A DNA stretch of 63,870 nucleotides, the filler included, from Asterionella formosa (lineage: Eukaryota), in the NCBI GenBank assembly GCA_002256025.1. It is 11 parts of 11 records of this genome, joined end to end, with 100 filler letters (N's around TTAATTAATTAA, not from the genome) between each part and the next. Parts side by side here need not be neighbours in the genome. Positions count along the whole stretch, not along the records: positions 1 to 6,054 come from NKIB01012835.1; positions 6,155 to 12,197 come from NKIB01012836.1; 9 more parts are not named here. One strand, given 5' to 3'. The position numbers and the translations under genes are program-made. The notes under the pieces are model-generated. The model did not search any database. It was not told the DNA's origin and saw only the letters and a list, made by a program, of their open reading frames with translations. Of the stretch, positions 1-12,197 are shown in pieces. Position 1 is the stretch's first letter. Each line of letters begins with the position of its first letter.

Positions 1-1200
1 GTCAATGGGACTGATGGCCTTGGATCATGGTGGTAGGAACCAGATCCATACGCTCCTTCAGCTTGAAGGGGTGGAATTGCCTGGGGAGGCCCCATCGGCG
101 GAAGTGCAACCATCCGGCCATCGTCTTGAGTTGGACTGTCAGCATGGCCGGATCTCCAAGATTGGCTTCCTTCAATCGCATCTTCCTCGCTCCCTGCAGA
201 GCTGCCTGGCACGACTATGTCGTAATCAGACAGTACTGTGTCACTACTACTGAGGTCTCCAGCTTGAAAAGGAACATAGGAAAATGGCAGAGGATCAAGA
301 TCCTCATTCCATTCAAAGTCGTGTAGAGAAAAGTTCTCTCCAGGCTCCAAGGATGACTCGCCTAGCGAATGCACGAACCTTAGGACGGGTTGCTTGGGAG
401 GATGATTTGGTTCGCTTTCGTCGATTGTTCCAATCTGTTCTTCAAAGGCAATCTTCGTTGAAAATTAGTAGGACTCGTGAGATGGTTAACGGTAAAATCT
501 GGCTTGTCATTTATAGAGACATCATTGAAAAACATGAATCTACATCAACAACATAACGGCACCCACCTTGTCTCCTGATAATGAGTCGTCCGAGCGCTCC
601 TCATCGCCGCTTGCGTTCTTTTTTAGCCTTATTCCCTGAGCTTTGATTTCTCTGAATAGTTGGGACGTCTTTTCCTTGGAAATCTTGTCACCAATATCTT
701 CCCATAGATTATCCACGATCTTCTTCAAGAAGCGACCAGGAGGGTCTTGAGTGGTCCGCCAGGAGTGCACCATGGCGGCAACGATGGGCCCCTTATCAGT
801 ACGGGCTGCCATTGCGTAACTTGGATAATTCTCTTTCACAAGGTCGCGGTATCGTTTGTTTCCTAGATCTGAACTCAAATCGCAAAGAGAATGAAAGGGA
901 TGAGGCAAGGGAGCGATCGATGAGAAAATTAATGTGAGTATGACGAACGAAAATCAAAAGTCACAATACTGAAGTGTTGAGAAAAGGCACTAATAATGGA
1001 AACGCGAGAAACTTACGGTTATTGGTACCTCCTCCTCGACCACAAAGCACATCATTCTCGTGAGGTTCTTCGATTCCTTGCAATGGCCATGGCATAGTTG
1101 AATCCGCAACCTTGGTACTGTCTTCTGTCACAACTGGCGTCTCCGTCAAATGGCACTCATCCATGATATTTCCTGCGTTATTATCATCATTGGTCGTCAT
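1..1200 (-). CDS. DUF6824-domain protein (diatom-expanded family), 3 exons, runs off window start
   Basis: Exon1 1200-1017 ends ...ENDVLCGRGGGTNN. Intron 1016-869 (GTAAGT..CAG). Exon2 868-567 gives H-LGNKRYRDLV...PPGRFLKK...WEDIGDKISKEKTSQLFRE, the classic DUF6824 motif. Intron 566-435 (GTGGGT..CAG, CTAAT branch site). Exon3 434-<1 is open in frame (IGTIDESEP...HHDPRPSVPL). Confidence 0.85.
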
Positions 1201-3006
1201 TGTTATATGGTCTCGTGCTGTTCAATCGGTGGTCCTTGTCCTTGTCGTTGCTTTGCGGGGGAGAGAGGATTTCCAGATTATGTGAGAGTTGTCGAAATAA
1301 AATGAAAGCGAAGTGGAACAACGACCAGTGTTGCATCACGAGTAAAAATGTGTATCGTTATATGAAGATATGTTATTTATTACCAGTAAACTATTTTTTT
1401 AACTGCAGTCATGAGGGATCTTGTCATGTATGTTTCACCACGCTTGGGATGACGGATCATAAAGAACACAAGTCTCAAGGGATACTTTTATTATTAACTG
1501 TTTTCACCTTTTGCTTGGGCATATGTGTATGTTAAGCATCGAAGCATTTACTTTCTTATTTTTTGTCCAGAAGTACTCAAGATGTCGAATGTAGTCTACA
1601 ATGTATTACTTAGAAAGTAGCAGGTAGTACCAGGATATAGTAACGGTAAAACTAGCTCCTACTGACTGCCTAAGCGTAGTCCAACTGACGCTTATTACTC
1701 CTTACCGGTACATATTTAGCAAGGGCGGTGCTGAAATCGCAAATTCAAACCTTCGCTCACCACGGTGGGAGAGGATGACGTAAACCCTAACATATGTACA
1801 TACGGTATGCGAATCCTGCATACATAAAATTGAAGGTGAAATGGGGAAAAACTTCGAAATGGAGTACCGGTACATAAGATATTGGGAACCGCCCCCGCCC
1901 ATTGAAACACAGATCCATAGATCGAAGGCGTACGTATACTGGTACACTTACCGGTACATCCAGTCAGGACTACACATATACTTACATCCATAATTGTTAC
2001 ATAAATAAATAAATACATACATACATAGATACATTCATACATGAATAAATATCTATATGAATACATTCATAAGTTCATTTATAGATCAATGTGTACATAC
2101 ATACATACATACAAAGATGGATACATCTTGAGCATCTGATCTGTTACATATAGTCCTACTAGGTACTAGGTACGAAATATTTATTATTCTAGCTACTATA
2201 AGTTGTTGCTAGGATGTAGACTACTAGACTACTACTGAAAACTTCAATTACCAGGACTCCTGAATAGCTGGGAGCCAAGAACCGGCCTGTATACCTATTG
2301 CAAAACTTGTCTTTGTGCAAAGCTAAACTCTGGTTGCTGTAGCTGAATCTTTGTTGAGACTTGTTGCCAAAGCAATTTTGGATGCTGTTTTGCACTGTTC
2401 AAAATGATTAGCAAGGCCATTGAACTGAGTTTAATTTCTCAAATTTGATAGGGGAGAATTAGGCCAGTGCTAACCATGAAGCAAAACTTCAACCAAACAA
2501 TGTTTTGTTTCAGTAACCCTAAAAAGTGATGCAAACGCCATGACTAGATTTGCTTAGACAAGGAAAAAAGCGCTTGTTACGAGGGATTCTTCGGTTATCC
2601 TGATCATGATTGTAGCAATACCGGTAAATACAAAAAACATAGAATAGAAAATAATAATAATACATTTCTTTCCTGAAAAAGTAAAATATTTTGGTGAAAA
2701 GTACCAGATGTAAAATGAGGAGACAAGAGCATGGGGGAGGACATAAGCATGGGATTTACAGTCCTCCATATGCATTTTCGTAGAGCTGTTAAGTATGACA
2801 TGATGGCATGTACCCAAATACTTCATCGATTTTTATAAGATGTATTAATATGACAATTATTTCCGTGATATGAAAACTGAGAGAGTTCTTCACCTTGCAA
2901 GAAAAACAAGACTTCATGTTGTTATTGGCGATCTCAATTTTCGTTGTCATTATAAGTGATCTATATACATGTAACAACGCATCATGAATTCAGTCGAAAA
3001 TAGTGA

Positions 3007-4600
3007 GAGCATCTCCACCACTGCATCGATAAAATATCAAGCCAATTGCAGTTGGGAGTCATTACACGTCATGATGCTTTGTGTTGGGCCAAAAACCCAC
3101 AATATTTAGCCACTGCATCGACCAAGACCAAATATGCTTAGGTCTTTTTCGAGGATGACCCCCTTATCGACCAAATATCAGCTATTTGATCGACTAGACT
3201 CCGGTCATAGCCAAATCAAAGAAGCATTTCTATTGGTTTAGCTTGTGACACACACCATCACCCTACCATTTATGGTTTGTTAGTTAGTGCGCACATAGTT
3301 GCAATACATTTTCAGTACAATCTTCATATACCGGTAGACTAATACACTCATCAGTTTGTGTGTTTGGTGTTGACACATAAATACCGGTTCACGTCTAATT
3401 TATTCAAAATCGTCAACTTTTTCACTATGAGTTCAGGTGTTATGTGGGAAAAGGAAGAGGAAGAGGCCCTTGCTCGGTCCTGGGTTTCAGCCGGTGAAGT
3501 CTTAATCACTGGGACTGGTCAGAAGGAAGGCAAGTTTTTGGGCTGGGTGTTTGAGATCTATGAAGGTCTCATCCCAGATGGCAACAAGGAGCAGACATCA
3601 ACAGCATAGAAGGCACGATGGGAAATGATAAATCAGAGACATCACAATATTCTGCGCCATCGTTGCGCAGGTGACAAGTGCTGTTCCAAATCGGAGAACA
3701 ATCCAAAATATTGAGATTGTTGTTAGCACCTGGCGTTCCAAACCATATGTGCCAAAACGAAATTCTACAATCAACAGCACCAGCTTCCAAAGCAACAATA
3801 GCTACTTCGTCTTTTCCTTGAAATGCTCCTCTGTATGCTTTGGAACAATTCTTCCATTCTCGCTGCATCACATTCAATGAACCAAGACATCCTGGCTGAC
3901 TCTTTGCTTCAAGGAAAAGTAAAACCATTTTCATGTTGTCCTTTGTGGGAGCTCGCATAAATTCTGTTCCATACCTTCTGATTATTGAGTTACAAGAAAA
4001 TTTTAGGTTGCGGAGTGGAATCGATTCAGCCATTCTTGTGAGGTCGTCCAGCTGATCAGCCGAAGTTCCGTAAGCCAACATTCGAAGTGCTGAGGTTAAC
4101 TTTTGATGCAGCGAAAACCGACCAGACCCAAGGTATCTTTCTTCTGTTCAAAGTATGAATTTGTCTCAACCAAATCATCAAGAAAATTTTCAAATAAGGA
4201 ACGATGCATCCGGAAGCGCCTCCTGAAATGGGCACCAGGAGAGTAGATTGGATTCCCACCAGCATGGTCATCCTTTAATAGATTGTCATAGTCTGCGCAG
4301 AAGGGATTCATGTTTTTGCCTTGTCAACCTTGGAAACTCCTCCCCTATTTTGCCTTTTCTTTGCATCATTCTCACTCCTTTGTTGATGATGAATCTTGCG
4401 GAACTTGTAGAGGCAATCATCATCTGATGAGTCACACTTGTTGCTCAGTGTTTCATTTTTTCTTTATAGCTATGTAGTATGTACTGCTATATCAATGGTA
4501 CACATATAAAGACAATTTAGCTCTATTTCTATTTGCTAAAATTTTGCGCAAGAAATTTGACTATTTTAGGATTTGGTCGATGTGGTGTGGTGGGAAACAT
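3007..4600. mobile_element. Decayed PIF/Harbinger DNA transposon: Plant_tran-type transposase (minus) plus Myb/SANT-like partner (plus)
   Basis: Minus 4311-3680 encodes FRRRFRM, MLAYGTSADQLDD, PGCLGSL..WKNC and WHIWFGTPGANNNLNILDCSP with frameshifts. Plus 3428-3670 encodes WEKEEEEALARSWVSA..ITGTGQK. Left end GAGCATCTCCA at 3007 is a Harbinger/Tourist-like terminus; the right end is unresolved. Confidence 0.8.
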
Positions 4601-5649
4601 ATACTGCATCACCAACAAGATAGTAACCAGCGTCAAATAATGCAGTTTTGTTGGGTAGAGCAGTTATCTCAAAAGCAATCACAGTTAAGCACAGCTTCAA
4701 GAAATGAATCTCAGCACCTATAGATTGAAGCTATGCTACATCCATATGGATGACGAATTTCAATGTAACTGCTTCCAGCCAACCATCGAATGCCAATGGC
4801 CAGCACAAGCAATTTCTGCGTAAATTGGAATCGCAAGGACAAAGAACATCCATACTATAATTTTCCCACAGGGTTTTTCTCCCGTCCCTTTTTTACATCA
4901 TTGACCATTACAATACTCATACGATGCATGGTGACCATAAATTGCTCATACGATATGGGTGAAATCCTTAATACATTAGCCCCACTACCGGTAGTGGGCT
5001 ACATCCTGTCTCACAGGTATATAAGAATGGCACAGTCCAAATATACTCCGTGGCCTCATGTCTCAGTGCATACGCATTCGTTGTGTCCAACCGTCTTTTG
5101 CCTTGGCAATTCATGGGGGCGAGTGACCTATGGTACAGTATGTACCACGCTAGATATACTATATGATTAGACGGTATACCCCGGTAAGTCCTTTATAACG
5201 TTAACCGAATAGGCTCTTCTATACCAGACTACCGGTATATACTTGTTTACTCTCACCGTAGAGATTTACACAATACAAACTGCGTATGTATGATACCACG
5301 TCAACCATACCGGTAAGTGAAACGTAGGACATATACATGTACAAGAGAGTGATCATGATTAGTACGTGATGCTATACACACGGTTACTAGTATGTAGCTC
5401 GTAGTACATATTGCATTATGTACCCGCAGCTGTATGTTATGTGATAACTATTGGTACAGATGTATCTCTAGAATAGATGTACCAATGCTAGGCCAAAACT
5501 TGAAACCTAGCATGGACTTTTGACACCTACTAGTACATACCCTTCTCATCAAGACCCTTGTGAGTCCCCTTGGACCAGGAGCTAATATAGATACACTAAT
5601 CATTAAGCTCATAATTACCCAGAACCTACTTGTTAAATCCTGACAATCA

Positions 5650-5830
5650 AGTAGCTGCACCACACTTGGAGAAATTCCCAATGAACTCACTCTCTAGCAA
5701 GTAAACCAACTTCTTAAAGGCTCGAAGGAGCATTCTATAAGTTTTTTCAAAAGCTTCCTCATGACACAGCTTCTTGACATGAGAATGCCATGACATTCTC
5801 TCATGCTTCCATTTCGCTTTCCTTTCCTCT
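5650..5830 (-). mobile_element. Harbinger-like transposase N-terminal fragment
   Basis: Manual translation KWKHERMSWHSHVKKLCHEEAFEKTYRMLLRAFKKLVYLL resembles the F...YRM...F..LV N-terminus of DDE_Tnp_4 transposases. The rest of the element is absent. Confidence 0.5.
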
Positions 5831-6054
5831 TTTTAACTTTCACTTCAGCCTCCAGAGCTAGATGACAAAGGATAAAGAATTGATGATGGTTTTTTCATCA
5901 CCAAAAACTTGATTACTGATGACATCATTACCATCATCATCATTGCCATCATTGCCATCATTGATATTCACAGCACCTTCAGTCCAATATTGATCCACAT
6001 GTTTATTGTTGTGCACTGACAATGATGACATGGTGCTGATTGCCTGTAAACCTG

Positions 6055-6154
6055 NNNNNNNNNNNNNNNNNNNNNNNNNNNNNNNNNNNNNNNNNNNNTT
6101 AATTAATTAANNNNNNNNNNNNNNNNNNNNNNNNNNNNNNNNNNNNNNNNNNNN
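6055..6154. other. Artificial contig spacer N44-TTAATTAATTAA-N44 (also 12198-12297, 18343-18442, 24487-24586, 30631-30730, 36774-36873, 42915-43014, 49054-49153, 55190-55289, 61323-61422)
   Basis: Identical 100-nt spacer carrying a six-frame stop linker, recurring every ~6.14 kb. Intervening contigs are 6033-6045 nt, nearly sorted by decreasing length. Confidence 0.97.
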
Positions 6155-6332
6155 GGCCTCAACCTTGCTTCTGCTGCATTATATCCGTGCAATGCCCCCC
6201 CCCCCCATACAAGGGAGTATAGTGTCTTGATGTTTTCTTTGAGGTCTGTTGACCTCTTTACAAACTCATCCACTTCTTTCTCCCAGATTCGTTCGTCTGT
6301 GCTAGTAGAATCCTTTGGTGGATCCTTGGGTG
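6155..6332 (-). mobile_element. Copia (CoDi-type) gag fragment, downstream half
   Basis: PKDPPKDSTSTDERIWEKEVDEFVKRSTDLKENIKTLYSLVWG; continues the gag N-terminus at 10595-10910. Confidence 0.7.
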
Positions 6333-9300
6333 CATCTGCAATTAACAACCATCATATTCCTATGATGCATCATAGGATGATGATCATCTGATCATAATTT
6401 TTCGTTACATCATCTAATAATTTTGATAAATGCCCTCATAATTTAAATAGTAACCCTTTTGACTATGGAAATTTAATTATTATATGTATTGTTTCTTTTA
6501 GGTTCCTTTATTTAAATTTCTTGCTAGGATAACGTACCAGTAAAGTACTAATGTGGTTTGGCTCATCATCCTTGCCAGTCCTCACTCTGATTCTTGCAAC
6601 AACGACAAAGCAGTCATGTCGAGAAGAACAAGTATTTGTGATAAAATCTTCATTTGTCGTTCAAGTCATCATATGTCTTCGATGAATCATCATCTGCATT
6701 GTACAGCATGTTCGTATGCAATCCGTTCTTAAGAGCTTGAAAAGAAATCCAATGAAAACGAAATGGCTCATCACACAAGACGAATATTTCCGGCCGGTCT
6801 GTCACCAGAGCATCAATCAGTGTTACAAACTCAATCATGGCTAAATAGCATCCATTAGTATAGAACAGCACAATCTACCTCTCCGTAACATCGTCTCTCT
6901 AACAAGAACGTAATGCATCTAGAATTGAAACGCAGCAGAGCAGGCGATATTCACAAAGAAGCATGAGACTGTGCCGTCTATTTATAGTAACAGAGTGATT
7001 CTGGTTTCGTAATTTTCATGTCTCATCAGATTTCCTTTGTCATTGTACTAGTTCCTTACCTTTGAAGACAGGAGCGTATTCTTTGATGTATCTGGAATGT
7101 TTCAATGGATGGCAGCAGTTGGATTTCGACACAAACCTCTACAAAAGCACTACTTTGTAGATGTTCATGAAAAGCCAGACACTTTGGCCTATCGACCACC
7201 AGTCATTCTATACTGCAAAAATGCAAGAAGCACAAGTTGAATGCCCATGTATGGATTCAAGTTTCAGTACTAGTGCAACAATATAAAATATTAGAAACCG
7301 GAAGTCACATTTCATCTAATCAAGGTTTTCATTAGCTATACTACTAGCTAGTATTGATTGAGAGGAAGCAACAATGGTAGAATGGCTGCCAAATGGGCGG
7401 GGGCAAACACAGAGAATCCTACTAATTTTTCTCCCCAATGATCCCAGACCCTTCTTGAATATCACTTAGTCACTTGCTACAGAAAATGGAGAACAGCCGC
7501 CATGATCTGTTGATTGTTGCTTGCTGTATGGTGCCACTGACCAAAGCCTCCAGAAATCTCAATGAGTTGCAGTGTTTCTTGACTTGAATGCCAAAGGGAT
7601 CGAAACCAGTGGAAAAATCAAAAGGGAACTAAAAATACTCTACAAACATCAGGACAATTGTGAAAGAGAAATGAAGGTTCTTGGGAGGAGAAATAAAGGG
7701 ATAACTGCTTCTGGTCTTGCGGGAACAAGAATGGATTGACCAAAACAATGTTGACAAATAGGTACCTACCGGAAAAGGAAGCAATGCTTTCGGCATCATC
7801 AATCTATACACAAGTCTGCGCCACCTGACATCAATATACTTAGCTAGACTTCATCAGAGAAGAAGTCAATGGGTGGAGCATGTGAGGAAAGGCGGGGTTG
7901 AGGTTTTCTTGACGCCAATGTGGGCCTGCTTGGCTGAACTTACAGATGAAGGCATTGAGTAACCTGGGCCTGTGCAGCCAAAGGATAAAGAAAAATCTAT
8001 GACAAGGGTGGTGAGATAGTGTTTAGGAGGGGGGAGCAAAAGTTATCATAGCTGAACGCATTCGAGACTCGTACAGTCAATGAATGGTGGCATACCATGG
8101 CTCCTCTTGCCTGACAGTTGCCAGGTCAAGTACAAACACAATGAGGGTGCACAAAAGACAGTTCAATTTTGATCAACTGGCTGATACTTAGTCGTTGTGA
8201 GACTCAACATTCTGCAATGGGGTGGACTTTGATCATTGCTTTGTTCGAAGCACAATCAATTCGAATGCTGTCCAGTGAAACAGCCAATGAAAACAATCGT
8301 GGAGGCGAAAAAGCGCAGAACAGATCAAGAGATTTCATAGGAATTAAAATAACAGGGCATAGTATTCGATGCACTGCTCCTTTTGTAGACAAGCTATATT
8401 TGATAATTTCCATATTTCATACTATACAGGTGCAGCATGGATGACTCATTCCGCCCTTTCATTAGATATGCAGCCATGTTGCGATAATTCTACAGGACCT
8501 ATAGGATTGGTAGTCTGGTGGTGGTCATCATTTCCACATTGTATATACCAGTAGGAGTCATCTATGCATGCATGCTGCGAAGATTTCTTACAAGACATAA
8601 AAATTTGGTAGCTTGGGGGCTATCACTTCCGTACTGTATATAGGAGGGGAAGGGGTTGCATGCTTGAGCAACTACTCCGGTATAAACTATGATCTTTAAT
8701 TAATAAATTTTGATTCGTTTATCCTATACCTTTGATCATAACATATTGATCATATGATAAACGGTGTCGTTGATGAGAAAATAAAAGATCAAAATCTATT
8801 TTCAGGAATCAGGATTAATTGATCTTAAAAATATGATCGAACGATCCTAAACACATGAGCATATTCAGTTTTCCGCTGCACTATTGTGGCATTTCCATGA
8901 TAGAAATAATTCCCAGCAAGTATACAGTACTACCGGTAAGCCTTATGAATTTTGGTCAATATGTCTATATACATAAATGTATGATTTCGACCATTTGAAA
9001 ATTTGGTGATGACTCCCGTTTATTAAGGGGCCTAATTAAATCAGCCACTGACTTGTAGGTACAAGAATTGACATAAAACAAATTGAAAAAATTCAACAGG
9101 TCGTGGAAAACTATGAACTCATCATGCATTGTATATATTTGAATTATGTATAATCAAAATTGATATTAGTATACACAGGATATGCCGTATAATGAGCGTG
9201 TTTAAAACTATGCAAAAGTTCAACTATACATACATTTAAAATTCTTACAAATCTTTATATATATGTATTCATGGCTGATACATTTGAAATCATGTTTTCA

Positions 9301-10594
9301 TGTTCCTTGTCATGCATACACTTTGCTCCTGAAATGAAGGATCATCACACATGATGACAAGGAAAACGAAAGTGATAATACAGCACAATGATACTTGCGG
9401 CTTAGAAGAGAAGGGCGAAATCAATTGATGGTAAGTCAAGGGCAAATGCCTTTCATGTTACTTTTCATGCATCCACTTCCTGAAATGAAGGATCTCAAGC
9501 AACACATGATGCGAAAAACTGAAGTGACAATACAGCACGATGATACACCATGCGGCTAAGAAGGAGTGAATATGATGGAGAAGGGCGGAATCAACAAGCT
9601 GTGCATAGTATCACGGCATCATGTCAAGAGCAAATGCCAGGATGATCAATTGTTGGGATTAAAAATACAGAATTACTTGTCCCCTTTCAGTGATTCAAGG
9701 GCCCCTTTTTCGATTTGGTGGCTGGCCAACAATCAATGTGGACAAAAGAAATCGGTAAGTGCTATCATCTTTAGATCAATCCACAACTGTTAGAAAAACT
9801 GACACATATGTGTTGCTTCTTTCAGGATAATGGTAGACAAACAGTATTTGTAAGTTACAAACAGCAGTGTTGGAGCCCATTTATTGATCGATACTTTCTT
9901 CAACTGACACATTATTTTACAGAAATATGCATCAGTTACTTCCTCAATTTGTGGCAAGTGAAGATAGAAGCGAAATGCATGTTGTTGTGTAAGCAAAACA
10001 TGAACAGCTAACAATGAATTGCTTCTCTTTGTTAGTATGACTGATTGGAACAACGAAACGGATTCAATAGTGCGTGAATGAAAACTCAGAACCCTCAGGA
10101 GTAAATGGAACAAAGCAGGGGAACAACGGCAAGGCAACCAGTACTACTACAACAACAACCTTCAGAATGGGGGGAAGGTGGAAGTGAAAGCTGAAGCACC
10201 AATCATTGCGATGAGAGCATTGTAGAACATTCTGTAGCCACTCAAAATATAGAAACATAAAACCATTCTTAAATATAGTTCTAAATTTCGATCAATTTTA
10301 TCCTATTTTTGACAGTGATATTGATGAGAATTACGATCATGCTAAGATAGATGCATGACAAAATTATACATATCATATGACCATGTTTAACTAATTATAT
10401 GATGCAATGGTATTATAACTATTATAGTATCATCATACTTCAAGCTCGGTAAAAGTTTACTGCATGATCATAATTATATGATAAATCGATCATATTTTGT
10501 ATCCAAAAACTATCATACTATATGTAAAAATCCTGTGCCACTTAGCGTATGATACCCTTGATCCTATATTCATGATAGTTTTTATTTGCATATG
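6333..10594. mobile_element. Unclassified TIR DNA transposon, copy 1 (~4.26 kb)
   Basis: Ends CATCTGCAATTAACAACCATCAT / ATGATAGTTTTTATTTGCATATG are imperfect inverted repeats. 6333-7059 and 8980-10594 align with copy 2 (34291-36629); the left arm aligns with copy 3 (61423-62137). It interrupts a gag ORF. Confidence 0.8.
7075..8636 (+). mobile_element. Heavily decayed IS630/Tc1/mariner-like DDE transposase relic inside TIR copy 1
   Basis: Fragments FQWMAAVGFRHKPLQKHYFVDVHEKPDTLAYRP (7100-7198), LLLVLREQEWIDQNNVDK (~7705-7760) and GVEVFLTPMW..AELTDEGIE* (~7894-7963). A possible ...GTACTG|TA terminus lies at 8636. Confidence 0.5.
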
Positions 10595-11240
10595 TTTAGT
10601 GATGCTGACCATCTCAAGCAAGGTTCTCAACAACCAATTGTATGTCACCACCGTATTTGTAGGTGTGCCCTACAAAGCCTGCGATCTCCTTCGTTGTCTT
10701 CGCAAATAGATCTGCTTGCTTCATATCCGAGCAGTCATACACATTTCCTTTTAATTCGTTGCATTTGCCTTGTTCGAATTTCGTTGCGGCTGGTGTCTGG
10801 GATGCCTGTTGCTTTCCAAAGTTGAAGCGACCTCTTTTCTTGGCATCAATGCCGGAGTCCTTATCAACCTTCATGGCGGTATCCCCACTTTCTGTTTTCA
10901 CCTTGTCCATCTTGTTTACTTTAATTTACTTATGTTGAAACCACAATGTTCTCAATACATCTCCGTGTCCATGAAACAATGAATCCGATGAAGAAAGCAC
11001 ACTGGGAGTGCATTGTTTATAAAACCGAATAATTACATTAAAGTGAGCCAGTTTCGCTGGTACCAAACACTCTATTTCTAGTCGTGATCTTCCTTGGTTC
11101 AACCGCAGTCCAGCCTTGTTCGTTAGTTTGCACGCCGGCATGGTTGGTGTGGTCATTGTCAGTATTGGTGTAATTGGTGTAACCATTACCAACATGATGT
11201 CCGTTACACACATTCAACACTGGGCGCGCTCTGATAATAA
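10595..11240 (-). mobile_element. Copia (CoDi-type) 5' region and gag N-terminus
   Basis: KFEQGKCNELKGNVYDCSDMKQADLFAKTTKEIAGFVGHTYKYGGDIQLVVENL at 10910-10614; candidate PBS TTATCAGAGCGCGC at 11237-11224. Confidence 0.65.
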
Positions 11241-11319
11241 AAAATTATTATATCATGTGTATTACAACACAAATCGTTGTACCCATAACCCCAAAATTTG
11301 TGTTTGTGTTGACCAAATT

Positions 11320-12197
11320 TGGTAAACGAAATTTGTCTTTGATTCTCGGAAATGATCCCTGAAGGCATCGCATTCCCCATTCCGACAGCTGTCGGATTGA
11401 GGTGGCTTGGCGATTCATACCAAATCTTTGTCGAGGATTACCATTTGCATCAACATTGTTTTGATGCGATTTCAACATTGCATTTGATTTTTTAGATCAA
11501 CATTGTTTTGATGCGATTTCAACATTGCATTTGATTTTTTAGATGCAAATGCTGAATCCACAACTACTTTTTTGCCTGTATCCCTGTAAACTGTTTCAAT
11601 CTAATCATAGATCGATGACCAAATTGCCATGGTGGAGTCATGTAGAACACCAGGTGCATTGAAATATTAGCAGCAAATTTTTCCATCAGGCGAAAAAAGA
11701 AACAAGTTTGTCACATAGTGTTCATGGGTCCATCCATTGTAAAAGTTGTTCTGCTGTGTTTCATTTCCAGCCCGTTGCAGGGTCAGTTTCAGACCATCCA
11801 TTGCTCCCCAACAATTTGTTATAAGTGGGTATTTCTGATTGATCAAGGTTGCAAACAAGGTGGCTTCGTCTGCAGTAGGCAGTCTCACAACGGCATCTTC
11901 ATGTGTCAGCAGTACTTTTACAATCATTTGCCTTGAAAACCTCAACCAAACACTCAAAGAACCATGAGTTAATCCGAAAATAATCTGAAGAATCATATAG
12001 GAACCACGAGTCCTGGTCCATGCTAACCCAAGGGCTAGACAACTGATGGAACAGAGGTATCTTTGCCGACCTTTCTTTGTTGTTGAATTTCTTTTGTATT
12101 TTTCCTAGAGGGAGTGAAGGAATAAAAACAAGGTTTGAACAGCTGGTGTAGGAGCTCGAAAGAAGCATGGTCAAACCCACACAAGGTAATCAGAGCA
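11320..12197 (-). mobile_element. Harbinger/ISL2EU-group DDE_Tnp_4 transposase pseudogene
   Basis: WGAMDGLKL..NNFYNGWTHEHYVTNLFLFSPDGKI, NAPGVLHDS, VVVDSAF and RQATSIRQLSEWGMRCLQGSFPR. Carries stops plus a 47-bp tandem duplication (11449-11495 / 11496-11542). Confidence 0.85.

Noticed and set aside
4981..4998. 18-bp perfect palindrome cccactaccggtagtggg as a terminator or operator
   Set aside because: Isolated extension of the common TACCGGTA motif; there is no independent evidence of function.
6099..6110. Regularly spaced TTAATTAATTAA palindrome suggesting an array or recombination site
   Set aside because: Always centred in 44+44 Ns; it is a six-frame stop linker added during assembly.
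6650..6871. ~72-aa ORF recurring at 34605-34823 and ~61600-61800
   Set aside because: Recurs only because it lies in the TIR repeat; it has no recognisable domain and copy 3 has an internal stop.
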